IMG/VR virus record: IMGVR_UViG_3300020442_002661
Location: 21,963-85,962 of that record
Strand: one strand, 5' to 3'
DNA length: 64,000 nucleotides
Source of the DNA: a virus
Shown here: positions 1-9,381 of the stretch, piece after piece
Layout: every line of letters begins with the position of its first letter
Numbering within the stretch: position 1 is the first letter of the stretch
Notes under the pieces: model-generated
What the model was told of the DNA's origin: nothing
The model's database searches: none
What the model saw: the letters and a program-made list of their open reading frames with translations, nothing else
Translations under genes and position numbers: made by a program

Positions 1-1
1 T

Positions 2-340
2 GCTTTCTTCAACCTTATAATCATGATGCACACACATAACAGCATATCTATCATCTGCTTGATCAAACAATTCTTGTATGTCTGTTGTCAGAATCATATC
101 ACTATCCATAAACACTGCCCAGCCTTTAAAGTTAGTAAGCTCTGGAATAAGAAAACGTGTAAATGTAAATTCTGTACTTGCAAGTTTATCTATAGGCCTT
201 GTATACCAACCTGCATCTCTTAATTCTTGCTGTTTAAGTGGACGTATATCTACGTTTTCACTTTTAGTTTCAATACTATGTTTACAAACTTGATACGCAA
301 TATCTTCTCTAGTATCATATCCAATAAAAACTTTATTCAT
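2..340 (-). CDS. Glycosyltransferase (GT-A fold, GT8/CDI-like), truncated by window edge
   Basis: Not in the ORF track; hand translation gives MNKVFIGYDTREDIAYQVCKHSI...STEFTFTRFLIPELTNFKGWAVFMDSDM, with a DxD motif. ATG overlaps the upstream stop (TAATG). Confidence 0.8.
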   Translation of the reverse strand, partial: MNKVFIGYDTREDIAYQVCKHSIETKSENVDIRPLKQQELRDAGWYTRPIDKLASTEFTFTRFLIPELTNFKGWAVFMDSDMILTTDIQELFDQADDRYAVMCVHHDYKVEES

Positions 341-1113
341 TAATCCCTTCTTTCTATATCTTCTTCGTAACACTCGCCCCATTGAATTTCTAGTATATGA
401 CTATTTACTTCTCCAGGATTAGATGCTTTATGCCAAACTTCTTTCTCAATTTCATATGGCATACCGTGCGGTTGTAAAGTAACTTCGTTACTTAGACTAT
501 TCCATTCTGTTTTCATATTTACTAGACCCTCTAATATAATCCATTGTTCAGAACGTTTAAAATGTTTTTGATCGCTTAAACTTTTGCCTGGATAAATTAC
601 AAGTTCTTTAACCTTATATCCTTGTGCAGGTTTATCATCTAAAACTCTCCAATACCCCCATTCACGCTCTGTCTTCTGCGTTTTCCATTCATCTAGTATC
701 CAACTACTTGAATTCATTTTATTTTCACCACCAACTCCAAACTTAAAGTCTACCCAAGAAGTGTCCCCATAAGTTTTAAATTCTGGTGTTGTTGTATTTG
801 TTCTATCGCCACCGTTTGCGAATATAACTTTTGTTCCTGAACCATGTGTAGCAAGCGTTTTATATATAGCACCACATGCACTATCGTCTCTGTCATCAAA
901 ACTAATTACTTTATCCACAACTTCAAGAGCTTCTATAATACTTGCCCTATCCTTAAATTGCATAAAAGGTCTACCTTTTTTACGAGTAAGCCATTCGTCA
1001 GAGTTTAGTCCAACATGTAATTCTGCTCCTAAACTTTTTGCGGCTTTAAAGTATTCAATGTGACCTGAATGAAGAGGATCAAATCCTCCTGTAACTAGTA
1101 CGATTCTTTTCAT
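340..1113 (-). CDS. Fusion: HldE-C/TagD-like nucleotidyltransferase plus C-terminal cupin (type II phosphomannose-isomerase-like)
   Basis: GGFDPLHSGH (HxGH), GLNSDEWL and NGGDR in the N-terminal part; REWG..VKELVIYPGKSLSDQKHFKRSEQW and WHKASN cupin in the C-terminal part. Confidence 0.8.
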   Translation of the reverse strand: MKRIVLVTGGFDPLHSGHIEYFKAAKSLGAELHVGLNSDEWLTRKKGRPFMQFKDRASIIEALEVVDKVISFDDRDDSACGAIYKTLATHGSGTKVIFANGGDRTNTTTPEFKTYGDTSWVDFKFGVGGENKMNSSSWILDEWKTQKTEREWGYWRVLDDKPAQGYKVKELVIYPGKSLSDQKHFKRSEQWIILEGLVNMKTEWNSLSNEVTLQPHGMPYEIEKEVWHKASNPGEVNSHILEIQWGECYEEDIERRD

Positions 1114-1118
1114 ACTGA

Positions 1119-1126
1119 TATTTATA
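1119..1126 (-). promoter_or_regulatory. T4-type late promoter TATAAATA, 5 nt before ATG at 1113
   Basis: Exact T4 late consensus; no SD present. Confidence 0.7.
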
Positions 1127-1139
1127 TACGTAGTTTACA

Positions 1140-1147
1140 CATAAATA
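1140..1147 (+). promoter_or_regulatory. Late promoter CATAAATA, 5 nt before ATG at 1153 (divergent pair)
   Basis: TAAATA core with the same 5-nt spacing. Confidence 0.6.
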
Positions 1148-1152
1148 ATTTT

Positions 1153-1761
1153 ATGGTTGAGATCAAACAATTATGGACAGGAAGTAAACATACAGTTATA
1201 AGTTTTTCTGGTATTGGAACTACTATCGAAGGTGCCAATCAAGAATTTTATAATTTAAAAAACAACGGTTACAATGTAATATGGGTCATTGATAAAGATA
1301 ATAGTTACTTCACATCTATCAATCCGCAAGACATAATAAGCCAAATTAAAACGGAAAATGTCTACACAATAGGTCAAAGTATGGGCGGCTTTAATGCAAT
1401 AACATTTGCAAGTTTATATAATATTAAAAAAGTTTTGGCATTTACTCCCCAATATAGTATGGATCCTGAGATTGTTCCTTGGGAAACTAGATGGCGGAAA
1501 CAAATCAAAAGAATAAATTTCAAATATAAAAAATTAAACTTTGTAAATTGGACTGACTATACTATTATTACAGGTCATAAAGGTGCAGATAAAAAACATA
1601 TAGATATGATCCCTAAGCAAAAAAATATTAATATCCAACAGGTTTACGGGCATCATACAGTTGCACAAAACTTTAAAAAAGCTGGTACAATGTATAAACT
1701 AATTAATGATTATTTCCTGAATGATGTAAAAATAACAAAAGATTATTTGGCAGGCTTATAA
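1153..1761 (+). CDS. Alpha/beta hydrolase-fold protein
   Basis: GQSMGG nucleophile elbow, with candidate Asp and His (GHH) downstream. Confidence 0.7.
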   Translation: MVEIKQLWTGSKHTVISFSGIGTTIEGANQEFYNLKNNGYNVIWVIDKDNSYFTSINPQDIISQIKTENVYTIGQSMGGFNAITFASLYNIKKVLAFTPQYSMDPEIVPWETRWRKQIKRINFKYKKLNFVNWTDYTIITGHKGADKKHIDMIPKQKNINIQQVYGHHTVAQNFKKAGTMYKLINDYFLNDVKITKDYLAGL

Positions 1762-2231
1762 CATTCTACATATAAATGTTTATTAGTAACCTTCTTCAAA
1801 CTCTTAATATCGCGAAAGTTGTAGTCTTTAAGTAGTTGTTCAAGCAACTGAAAATCGTACCCACTTTTGTGAACGTCCCAAAGATCAAATTCGCCTTCTC
1901 TTTGCCAACCCCAAAAGCCTGCCTTTGCATGATCCATATTAGATCTTTGTAGCCATTGGTTAATATGAAATGCCATATTAGGCAACATCATTGACATTTT
2001 GCCGCCTGGCTTTAATATATTATACCATGCTTGTAATACTTTTTCGCCTTGAATGAAAGTAAGATGTTCAAAAAAATGTCTAGAAAATATTTCGTCTACA
2101 GTGTTTAGTTCAACATGTCTTTCAATTTCCCATGCTGGACATACAAAATCTACACCTGGTACATTCCTTATGTCGCATGTTTTGAATCCTGCCATTGTAG
2201 GATTCTCTCCCGAACCAAACTCTATATTCAT
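1743..2231 (-). CDS. SAM-dependent methyltransferase
   Basis: EFGSG motif I, HFFEHL, ILKPGG. Confidence 0.8.
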   Translation of the reverse strand: MNIEFGSGENPTMAGFKTCDIRNVPGVDFVCPAWEIERHVELNTVDEIFSRHFFEHLTFIQGEKVLQAWYNILKPGGKMSMMLPNMAFHINQWLQRSNMDHAKAGFWGWQREGEFDLWDVHKSGYDFQLLEQLLKDYNFRDIKSLKKVTNKHLYVECYKPAK

Positions 2232-3127
2232 TCATATTTCTTTCTTAAATGTTCCCATGGCAAGCCAGCAATACATTCGTCTTCTCGCCATTGACAGTAT
2301 CCTAAATTATTTAACCATTGTTGCCTTTCAAACATTACTGGTTGTTCAATCAATTTTAAACTTTTATTTGAAACATCATATGCCATACAACTTGGACACA
2401 TGCTAAAAGTAGGAATGCCTTCCATTGCACTTTCTGTTAAGGCATTACTGTTAAATCCAACAACACACCAAGCATCATCAAAGTCTCTTTGTAAACCTGC
2501 TCCGCCTTCTAGTAATCCTGCACCATCTGTATTTTTGCTTATCTCTACATCAAAGTCTTTTAGAACTTCCATTTGTCTGTCTTGCCTTAACGGATGCATA
2601 CGCACACGTATTGGTCTATCTGTATAAGTTTGTATCTCTTTAAGCGTATGACTAACAAACCCTTTATAAGTTCCGTGCTTTTTAAGTAAATTTACAAGAC
2701 TACTATCGCCAGGACGTTGTAAAATAACAAGAACATAGTCGCCATTAGATTGCCAATCTTTTACAGTTAAATTTTGATCTTGTTTAATTTGTTCCCATCT
2801 ATCGCTTGGACTATTTTCATTACAGTAATCACCTTCATCTCTAAAATAACTTGTCCAACTGTATCTATGATATGCCATTGGATTTGGTGGTGCTGGCATA
2901 TTTTTTCTAAACACTGCGCTTTCTGTAACAATATAAGGCTTGCCAGAATCCTTTACATATTTGTATATGTGTCCAATTTTCTTTTCTTTTTTTGATCCTG
3001 ATTGGTTACTTTGCACAAGCACGTCTGCTGTTTCTATAGAATCTACATCTGCAAATGGAACCGTTATCCAATCTTTAGGTAGCGGATGATAACTCCACAT
3101 TAATTCTTCAATAGCGACTATTTTCAA
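2228..3127 (-). CDS. Capsule-synthesis-like (KpsS/KpsC-like, GT-B) glycosyltransferase
   Basis: LQRPGD, RMHP and FNSNALTESAMEGIP motifs. Confidence 0.55.
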   Translation of the reverse strand: MKIVAIEELMWSYHPLPKDWITVPFADVDSIETADVLVQSNQSGSKKEKKIGHIYKYVKDSGKPYIVTESAVFRKNMPAPPNPMAYHRYSWTSYFRDEGDYCNENSPSDRWEQIKQDQNLTVKDWQSNGDYVLVILQRPGDSSLVNLLKKHGTYKGFVSHTLKEIQTYTDRPIRVRMHPLRQDRQMEVLKDFDVEISKNTDGAGLLEGGAGLQRDFDDAWCVVGFNSNALTESAMEGIPTFSMCPSCMAYDVSNKSLKLIEQPVMFERQQWLNNLGYCQWREDECIAGLPWEHLRKKYE

Positions 3128-3668
3128 AGAACAATCCTCTGTTTCTTACAAATGCTTTTTTACTTCTATGTGCATTCATAGTGCTTGCTTGTCTAATAAA
3201 CTTTGTGTACGTTTGATTATGAAAGAATCCATATTCTTTAAATTTGTCTATCCAGTATTGCTCTTCTTGTAAGTTTACATGATGATGCCCTTTCCAACCT
3301 GGAGGTGCATATGTCATAATAACATACTTACATTGTTGAAACGCTGGCATATAATTTGGTTGATATTGTTCGTATACATGTTCAACAAATTCTACACTCC
3401 AACCTAAATCAAATTTCTCTTTGATAGGAGCAGGACCTTTTGTAAAATCGTGTAATAAAAAATTGCTTGAATTTTTTCTTTCTAGTGTATAGTCACCGTC
3501 AACACCTAAAACTTTTAATCCTTTTTGTTCAGCAAGCTCAACCATACCTCCTGGGCCACATCCAATATCGAGATATGTTTCAATACCTAATGTATCAAGA
3601 CACCAATTAATGACACCTTCATCTAGGTGTGTTTTATTTCCGTGTCCGCCTAAATGTTCTTCAAGCAT
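3108..3668 (-). CDS. SAM-dependent methyltransferase
   Basis: LDIGCGPG, SVEFVEHV, GHHHVN. Confidence 0.85.
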   Translation of the reverse strand: MLEEHLGGHGNKTHLDEGVINWCLDTLGIETYLDIGCGPGGMVELAEQKGLKVLGVDGDYTLERKNSSNFLLHDFTKGPAPIKEKFDLGWSVEFVEHVYEQYQPNYMPAFQQCKYVIMTYAPPGWKGHHHVNLQEEQYWIDKFKEYGFFHNQTYTKFIRQASTMNAHRSKKAFVRNRGLFFENSRY

Positions 3669-4455
3669 GTTTAGGATCCTTACCTCTAGCTTCTTGCAAT
3701 AAAAATCTTTTCATAAATTTGTGTTGCAAACGTTCTTTATTCTTACCTTTTGTATGTACCATAAATTCATTTATGCCGCTGTTGTTAAAAGGACTTTTGT
3801 TATCTTTAGGTGTTGGATTTAAATTATGAAACATGCTTTGATCTTCATATCCTAGTCTAAGTTGAAAGAAAATCCAACTGTCATGTGTTTCACGCAGATG
3901 TTCTAATCCATTTTTGTATTCATTTTCATATTTTTCTAAAAAGATTTTTGCGAAAGGTAGTTTTAAATTAAAGCTCATAAGTCCACACTCGTCATAAGTG
4001 TCTGGTCTACCTAAATATGATATTGCTTTTGTCTGCGGAAATAAACTAGATAATCTTGCATCGGTTACAGGTTGATGCATTAGTACATCTGCATCTAACC
4101 AAACTACTGTATTTGATACTTGCTGTTTTGCTTCAGCAAAAATTGCAAATGTTTTGTGAGCAAACTTAATTGCATTCCATTTGAATGCTTTTGAACTACC
4201 TTCTAGTTTGCGTCCTATTTGTCCATTGTAGTGTGGATTGTCTTTGTATTTTTCTTTGAATTCTAACAACTGAGGACAACTTTTATACAAGTCTTTTGTT
4301 GTTACTCTATTACTAAATGCATCTAAGTTAATATTATCTTCTGTGTAAATTATAATTTCGCAACTGTCAGAAAGATATTTGTCCCAACTTAGTAAGTTAG
4401 TTTTTGATGTAGATTTCCAATATTCTTGATTTAAACTTGTAACAAATGTGTACAT
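3661..4455 (-). CDS. Glycosyltransferase-like protein (GT-A, DxD)
   Basis: VVWLDADV, KFAHK, HDSWIF and HTKG, typical of phage GT-like proteins. Confidence 0.6.
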   Translation of the reverse strand: MYTFVTSLNQEYWKSTSKTNLLSWDKYLSDSCEIIIYTEDNINLDAFSNRVTTKDLYKSCPQLLEFKEKYKDNPHYNGQIGRKLEGSSKAFKWNAIKFAHKTFAIFAEAKQQVSNTVVWLDADVLMHQPVTDARLSSLFPQTKAISYLGRPDTYDECGLMSFNLKLPFAKIFLEKYENEYKNGLEHLRETHDSWIFFQLRLGYEDQSMFHNLNPTPKDNKSPFNNSGINEFMVHTKGKNKERLQHKFMKRFLLQEARGKDPKHA

Positions 4456-4910
4456 TATAACGTAGCGTCCTCCATACCAGCAACTCTCAGCTTGACAATA
4501 TTAGTTATCTGCCATTGCTTCTGGTCTAGAGCTTTTAAGACTCCTAACCATTTGTTACGTAGTAAGGCGAACTCGTTAATAATCTTTTCATAGTCAACAA
4601 CATCTGCTTCGCCGTCGACATATTTTTCAACGTCACGACTTGATAATGCTCGTTGATAATTTTCTAAATATTTTTTGAAATACGAGCTACGCAATCTACG
4701 TAGCTCGATATTCATATAGTTTAGTATAGCTTCAATTTCTTGAAGTTGGTTAAATCGGTGTTCAACAATACCCGGCATAGCCGCAGATGCTCTTTCAACA
4801 TTGCCACTAAGTTTACATTCTACTTTTGCATCTTCAAGTTCACTTTCAAAGAACTGAATTGCAGTAGGTATCTTACCAATGTCTCTTGATATCTCGCTAT
4901 ACCAACCCAT
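4455..4910 (-). CDS. uvsY: UvsY recombination mediator
   Basis: Helical protein with KYVDGEADVV and KALDQKQWQITNIVKLR; next to uvsX. Confidence 0.75.
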   Translation of the reverse strand: MGWYSEISRDIGKIPTAIQFFESELEDAKVECKLSGNVERASAAMPGIVEHRFNQLQEIEAILNYMNIELRRLRSSYFKKYLENYQRALSSRDVEKYVDGEADVVDYEKIINEFALLRNKWLGVLKALDQKQWQITNIVKLRVAGMEDATL

Positions 4911-5149
4911 TATTCATCCCAATCAAAACCGTCTTCGTTGTCATACACTTCTTCTGCATCTTCATCCAAATAATAGTGTATTGCATTATCGAGTATGTTA
5001 TCTGCACCTAGGGCTTCTCTAAAAGTGTTATCTTCTGTACCCATATCTGCAAGCAAATCAACATAGCGTTCTGCGGCTGTGTCAATATGCTTCTTATCTA
5101 AATACTCTTTAAAGCACATCCAAAACTCTTGAATCTGTTCTTCAGTCAT
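4910..5149 (-). CDS. Small acidic hypothetical protein
   Basis: 79-aa ORF translationally coupled on both sides. Confidence 0.7.
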   Translation of the reverse strand: MTEEQIQEFWMCFKEYLDKKHIDTAAERYVDLLADMGTEDNTFREALGADNILDNAIHYYLDEDAEEVYDNEDGFDWDE

Positions 5150-6233
5150 TAATTACAGGCTCCTCAACGTGATTTTCGATTTCGACTGTGTCGTCGTCTT
5201 CGGTATTTACCACGGAAGCCTCTTTTTGTAGGTAATCTGACATAACTTTGTCAAGAAGTTCACCTGACCAATTTTTACGATATTCAAGTAATTCTTCGCC
5301 TGCTGTTGTAACATATTTTAAACGATTGCCTTGCTTTTCGATAACACCTTTTTTCTCAAAAAGTTCAAGTAGTCCACTGTAAGGATTCATACCTGTTTCG
5401 TATGGAATCTTTACCTGTACACCTTCGAAAGGCTTAGCGTAACGTGTTTTCATTACCTTACAACCTGCACGAATACCACGTACTTCGCTGATCTTGTTGC
5501 CATCTTCATCTTCTTTTAGTTTTAGTTTTTTCATTGCTACAACAATTGAAGATGCATAGATAAAGCCTTGACCACCTGAAATCTTATCATCTGGATCAAA
5601 CATGTCTTGCGATGCATATGTGTGGTTAGTACATACAAGTCCTACATTATGTGAACCAATCATGTTAACTGTGTTACGAACAAGTGCAGTCAATGCCTTA
5701 GGCTTACGACCCATATCACCTTTCATATCACCTTTGTTAAACTGATCAACATCTGTAGGTGTTAGTAACATACCTAAACTATCAATAACAAACAACACTT
5801 TAGGGCGTTCTTCTTCTGCCATTGCTTTATAGTCTGTCATAAACACACTAATAGTTTTAGCAACGTCATCAATCATTGACATGTTTAATTTAAGTAGTTT
5901 ATCTTCACTTGTATCTACATCTAGTGCATGTAGCCAAGTTTCATCAAGTGCGTTCTCTGAGTCAATAAGAACTACAAAGATACCTTGTTCTTGTGCGGCT
6001 TTTACGATATTGCCTGCACAAATGTAACTTTTACCTGCACCACTTTCGCCTGCAAATACAGTTACCTTACCTAGTGGAACACCTTTGTGAAAGTCTCCTG
6101 ATACTAGATAGTTGAGTGCATAATTACCTGTACCAATCCAATCAGTAGGATCGTTAAATCCTGCACTCATGCCTGAAATAGATTTAGTTAGTTGTGTCCT
6201 AAACTTAGTAGGATCAAACGACTTTGTTGCCAT
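5142..6233 (-). CDS. uvsX: UvsX/RecA-like recombinase
   Basis: Walker A GESGAGKS, DSENA, VIDSLGML, NHTY, ISGG. Confidence 0.95.
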   Translation of the reverse strand: MATKSFDPTKFRTQLTKSISGMSAGFNDPTDWIGTGNYALNYLVSGDFHKGVPLGKVTVFAGESGAGKSYICAGNIVKAAQEQGIFVVLIDSENALDETWLHALDVDTSEDKLLKLNMSMIDDVAKTISVFMTDYKAMAEEERPKVLFVIDSLGMLLTPTDVDQFNKGDMKGDMGRKPKALTALVRNTVNMIGSHNVGLVCTNHTYASQDMFDPDDKISGGQGFIYASSIVVAMKKLKLKEDEDGNKISEVRGIRAGCKVMKTRYAKPFEGVQVKIPYETGMNPYSGLLELFEKKGVIEKQGNRLKYVTTAGEELLEYRKNWSGELLDKVMSDYLQKEASVVNTEDDDTVEIENHVEEPVIND

Positions 6234-6258
6234 AATTACTCCTATATTAAAAAGCCTT

Positions 6259-6280
6259 AGTAGGGGATTGCTCCCCTACT
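6259..6280 (-). terminator. Hairpin AGTAGGGGA-GCAA-TCCCCTACT after gp32
   Basis: Perfect 9-bp stem, GNRA loop, T-run shortly after. Confidence 0.7.
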
Positions 6281-6289
6281 GTGTTAATT

Positions 6290-7291
6290 TTACTGTGACT
6301 GTCTTGCACGAATCATTGCTAAAATGTCTTGTGCATTACCACCTTCTGCAGGTGCCGCTTCAGCCGCTGGTGCTGGAGTTGCTTCTGCTACTGGAGCCGC
6401 CGGAGCCGCTTCAGGTGCTGGTGTTGCCTCAGGTGCTGGTGTTGCCGCTGGAGCAGGAGTTGTCGGAGCCGCTTGCGCTACCGGATCACCTGTTCTTGCC
6501 GCCATACCCGCTGGACGGAAGTATTGTCCCCAACGGTCCATGTCATATGCTTCACCATCTACTGATGCTTCAAACATTTCTTGCATGACCTTAAGTTCTA
6601 CTTCACCTGGCTTTTTAGGCAGGAAGTCATTAAGATTAAACAAGCCGTGTGTATTAACTGCTTGCATCTCTGCATCACTAAGTGGACGTTCTCTACGTGC
6701 CCAAGTACTAGTGCTATAGTCTGCATAGCCACCTTTACTTGCTTTGTTAAGACGGAAGTCTACACCAGCAGTATAATCTGTTGGCAGTTCTTCCATATCT
6801 GGATCCATAAGCGCCTGCTTGATGATTTGAAAAATTTGTGGGCCAATAATAAACCTACGGATTGGATTTTCCGGAGTTCTATCTTCTTGTAACGGATTAT
6901 CTGTTACAAACCCTTGGAAGATATACGAACGTTTCTTCCAATATTTACGACCCATGTCTTCTAAACTTGGATCTTTAAACCAGCCACGTACTTCATTAAG
7001 AATGTTACATGTCTCGCCGTACATTTCCATACATGGAATTTGTACTTGTACTGGACGACTGTCTGTTTCGCCTTTTACACCAGCGAATGGAAGTTTGATC
7101 AACAAACGCTCTTTCCAGAAGAAAGTGTTGTCTGCATCTCCATCAGGAAGGAATCGCATTGTACTGCTTTCGCCTTCTTTCATATTCCAAAATGGGTAAA
7201 TTGCGTTATCGCCGCCGCCGCTGTTAGAGTTACCACTTGTGCGGTTCTCTTGTTCTTTGAGCTTTGCTCGGATCTCAGCTAATGATGCCAT
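6290..7291 (-). CDS. gp32: Single-stranded DNA-binding protein (gp32-like)
   Basis: RFLP, CMEMYGETC, YWKKRSY, GVDFRL, YADYSTS. Start moved to MASLAEIR because AGGAGG lies upstream. Confidence 0.85.
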   Translation of the reverse strand: MASLAEIRAKLKEQENRTSGNSNSGGGDNAIYPFWNMKEGESSTMRFLPDGDADNTFFWKERLLIKLPFAGVKGETDSRPVQVQIPCMEMYGETCNILNEVRGWFKDPSLEDMGRKYWKKRSYIFQGFVTDNPLQEDRTPENPIRRFIIGPQIFQIIKQALMDPDMEELPTDYTAGVDFRLNKASKGGYADYSTSTWARRERPLSDAEMQAVNTHGLFNLNDFLPKKPGEVELKVMQEMFEASVDGEAYDMDRWGQYFRPAGMAARTGDPVAQAAPTTPAPAATPAPEATPAPEAAPAAPVAEATPAPAAEAAPAEGGNAQDILAMIRARQSQ

Positions 7292-7352
7292 AGTATGCCT
7301 CCTTTTATATTGCCTATGTGCTTTGTGCCTTTTTGTATATAGCACATTATGT

Positions 7353-7381
7353 ACTATACACAACTATATAGCAGAAGTCAA
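7353..7381 (-). promoter_or_regulatory. Sigma70-type early promoter TTGACT-17-TATAGT for gp32/uvsX/uvsY
   Basis: Near-consensus -35 and -10 with 17-nt spacer, intergenic. Confidence 0.75.
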
Positions 7382-7411
7382 GTGAAATCTGCTAAATTCT
7401 TGATTTTTTTA

Positions 7412-9370
7412 CTAAATTCCTGCTAGAGCCTTAAGAGTTTCAACTGCCGCCATAGCCTTTTTGTCCTTTTCTAGCTCGGCTTGCCGTTTCATAAGCTCTT
7501 TTTTCAGCTCTGGGTCTTTAGTTGTGTTGGGGTCCTTCTTAATATCTTGAAGTGCCTTCAACTTCGCTTTCAGATCCTTATCATCTTTGGTATCTGTAGC
7601 ATATTCAATTTGCATATCGCCCTCACCTCTTACAGGTTTATCATATGATGGATCATCTGCTTTTGACAGGTCATCAACATCTTCTTCATCTAAATTGTAC
7701 TTTTTCATTATAGCATTGATTGTAGAAAACATTTTAGCTGTAATAGGACTCGTGCCTGTTTTGTTTGAAATAAAGTCTTCATGATCATCTCCATCCCAAC
7801 TTGTATCAAGCTCGTCTGTTGGATAACCTTTCATTTTGTTAAATGCTTCAACTTCATTTTCCTCAAAGGCATCTGCCGTAATACCTGAGTCCAATTTAGC
7901 ACGTATCCATCCTTGTGCTAGATCATCGCCATTTGTTCCTTTGTATTGGTTAAATTTTTCGAACCAATCTTGTACTTCTATTTGGCCTTGTTTCATTGCG
8001 CCTTCTTGAACCGCATCCATAGGAATCATTACTTCTTCATATTTTTGCATAATACGTTCAATAAAGTCTTTTGCAGATTCGATCTTATCTTCACCGTAGT
8101 CTTTTTCGACTGCTGTCAGCACTGCTGTTTCGCCTTTTGGAAACTTGCCAGTTTCTCTATCAAACATTGTTAGAATAAATTCAGTCATTGGTAGTTTTGG
8201 CTTTTCAGCTTTTGGGTTACCGTCCATTTTAGATAGCGCACCGTCTGGACCAATTTTTACATCCATTGGTCCGTCCATGTCGTCATGCTTTTCTGCAAAC
8301 TGTCCCATCATTTTTTCAAATGCATATTCTATATCATCTGTTGTAGGAATATCTACAGATTCACTCTCTGATCTTTCAGCTACAGTATCTTTATCGCCTT
8401 CACCTAATAAATCTTCCGGACCTAGTTCTACTGCTTTTGTTGCTTCACTTACTAACTTATAGATATAAGGAAATACATCTTTTAGTTCTTCGTTAAACTG
8501 ACGAATTGTAAGTTGGTCAATCCAATCACCTGCAACATCTTCTGGTACTTCTTGTAGATCAGTTTTTACAAAGTTTCTAAATGCTTCTGTGTAATAACCT
8601 TTACGCTGTAGTCTCATTACACTGTCTTTTACTAGATCAATACGTTCATTTACAATATCCATATAACCTAACAAGCCCTCGGCCATGACTCCGCTTCTTG
8701 CCATATATGTTTTAAATTTACGTAGTTTGTTTAATTCTTCTGAAAGACCTAATACGTGCTTACCAAAATCATCGTATTGGTTTCCGCCTTCTGCAACATG
8801 ACGTGCCATTGCTCTTGCACCATTTAGATGTTTGTAAGGATACTTAAATCTTTCACCATCTTTATTTTCAATATAAATGGCGCCAATTTTTTGTGTTCTG
8901 TTTTCACTGACGCTTTCTGTATGTTTTATTACAATACGAGCTGAGTCAATGTCTTGATAACTTAGCCTTGATGTACCGTATAATTTAGATTCTGTCATGG
9001 TATTGTCTCCGGTATTTTTTGCTAAAAATTTATAATCTCTTCTATTTAAGTTTGACTTTTGAATATCTCTGACGTCAAAGTTTAGCAGTCTTTTTCTAGC
9101 AAATGTACGTAGCTCTTTCAAAAAATCATACCAGTGTTTCTTTGTTGCTGGTTGATCGTTATCAAACAAAGCGTCACTATACATTACGCTAATTTTATCA
9201 TCGTCTAAACTTACACTAACTTTTGAGTCTTTATTGTACTCAAATTCATAAAAACGTGATTCGCTAGGTACGTTTGTAACTTGACCCTGCTCATTGCCAA
9301 TGGTCATACGCTTAAACCTACCACGTAGTTTAGAAAATAATTCTTCGCCTATTTTATCCAAGTCTTTCAT
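7412..9370 (-). CDS. Hypothetical protein, possibly a head-associated/internal protein
   Basis: Long charged ORF after terminase; late promoter GATAAATA (9376-9383) 5 nt before MKDLDK; ends in LKALAGI. Confidence 0.6.
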   Translation of the reverse strand: MKDLDKIGEELFSKLRGRFKRMTIGNEQGQVTNVPSESRFYEFEYNKDSKVSVSLDDDKISVMYSDALFDNDQPATKKHWYDFLKELRTFARKRLLNFDVRDIQKSNLNRRDYKFLAKNTGDNTMTESKLYGTSRLSYQDIDSARIVIKHTESVSENRTQKIGAIYIENKDGERFKYPYKHLNGARAMARHVAEGGNQYDDFGKHVLGLSEELNKLRKFKTYMARSGVMAEGLLGYMDIVNERIDLVKDSVMRLQRKGYYTEAFRNFVKTDLQEVPEDVAGDWIDQLTIRQFNEELKDVFPYIYKLVSEATKAVELGPEDLLGEGDKDTVAERSESESVDIPTTDDIEYAFEKMMGQFAEKHDDMDGPMDVKIGPDGALSKMDGNPKAEKPKLPMTEFILTMFDRETGKFPKGETAVLTAVEKDYGEDKIESAKDFIERIMQKYEEVMIPMDAVQEGAMKQGQIEVQDWFEKFNQYKGTNGDDLAQGWIRAKLDSGITADAFEENEVEAFNKMKGYPTDELDTSWDGDDHEDFISNKTGTSPITAKMFSTINAIMKKYNLDEEDVDDLSKADDPSYDKPVRGEGDMQIEYATDTKDDKDLKAKLKALQDIKKDPNTTKDPELKKELMKRQAELEKDKKAMAAVETLKALAGI

Positions 9371-9381
9371 ATTAGTATTTA

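Noticed and set aside
6169-7282. Overlapping plus-strand ORFs across gp32, including an Ala/Gly-rich and a Cys/Arg-rich one
   Set aside because: By-products of the GC-rich Ala/Pro linker read in other frames.
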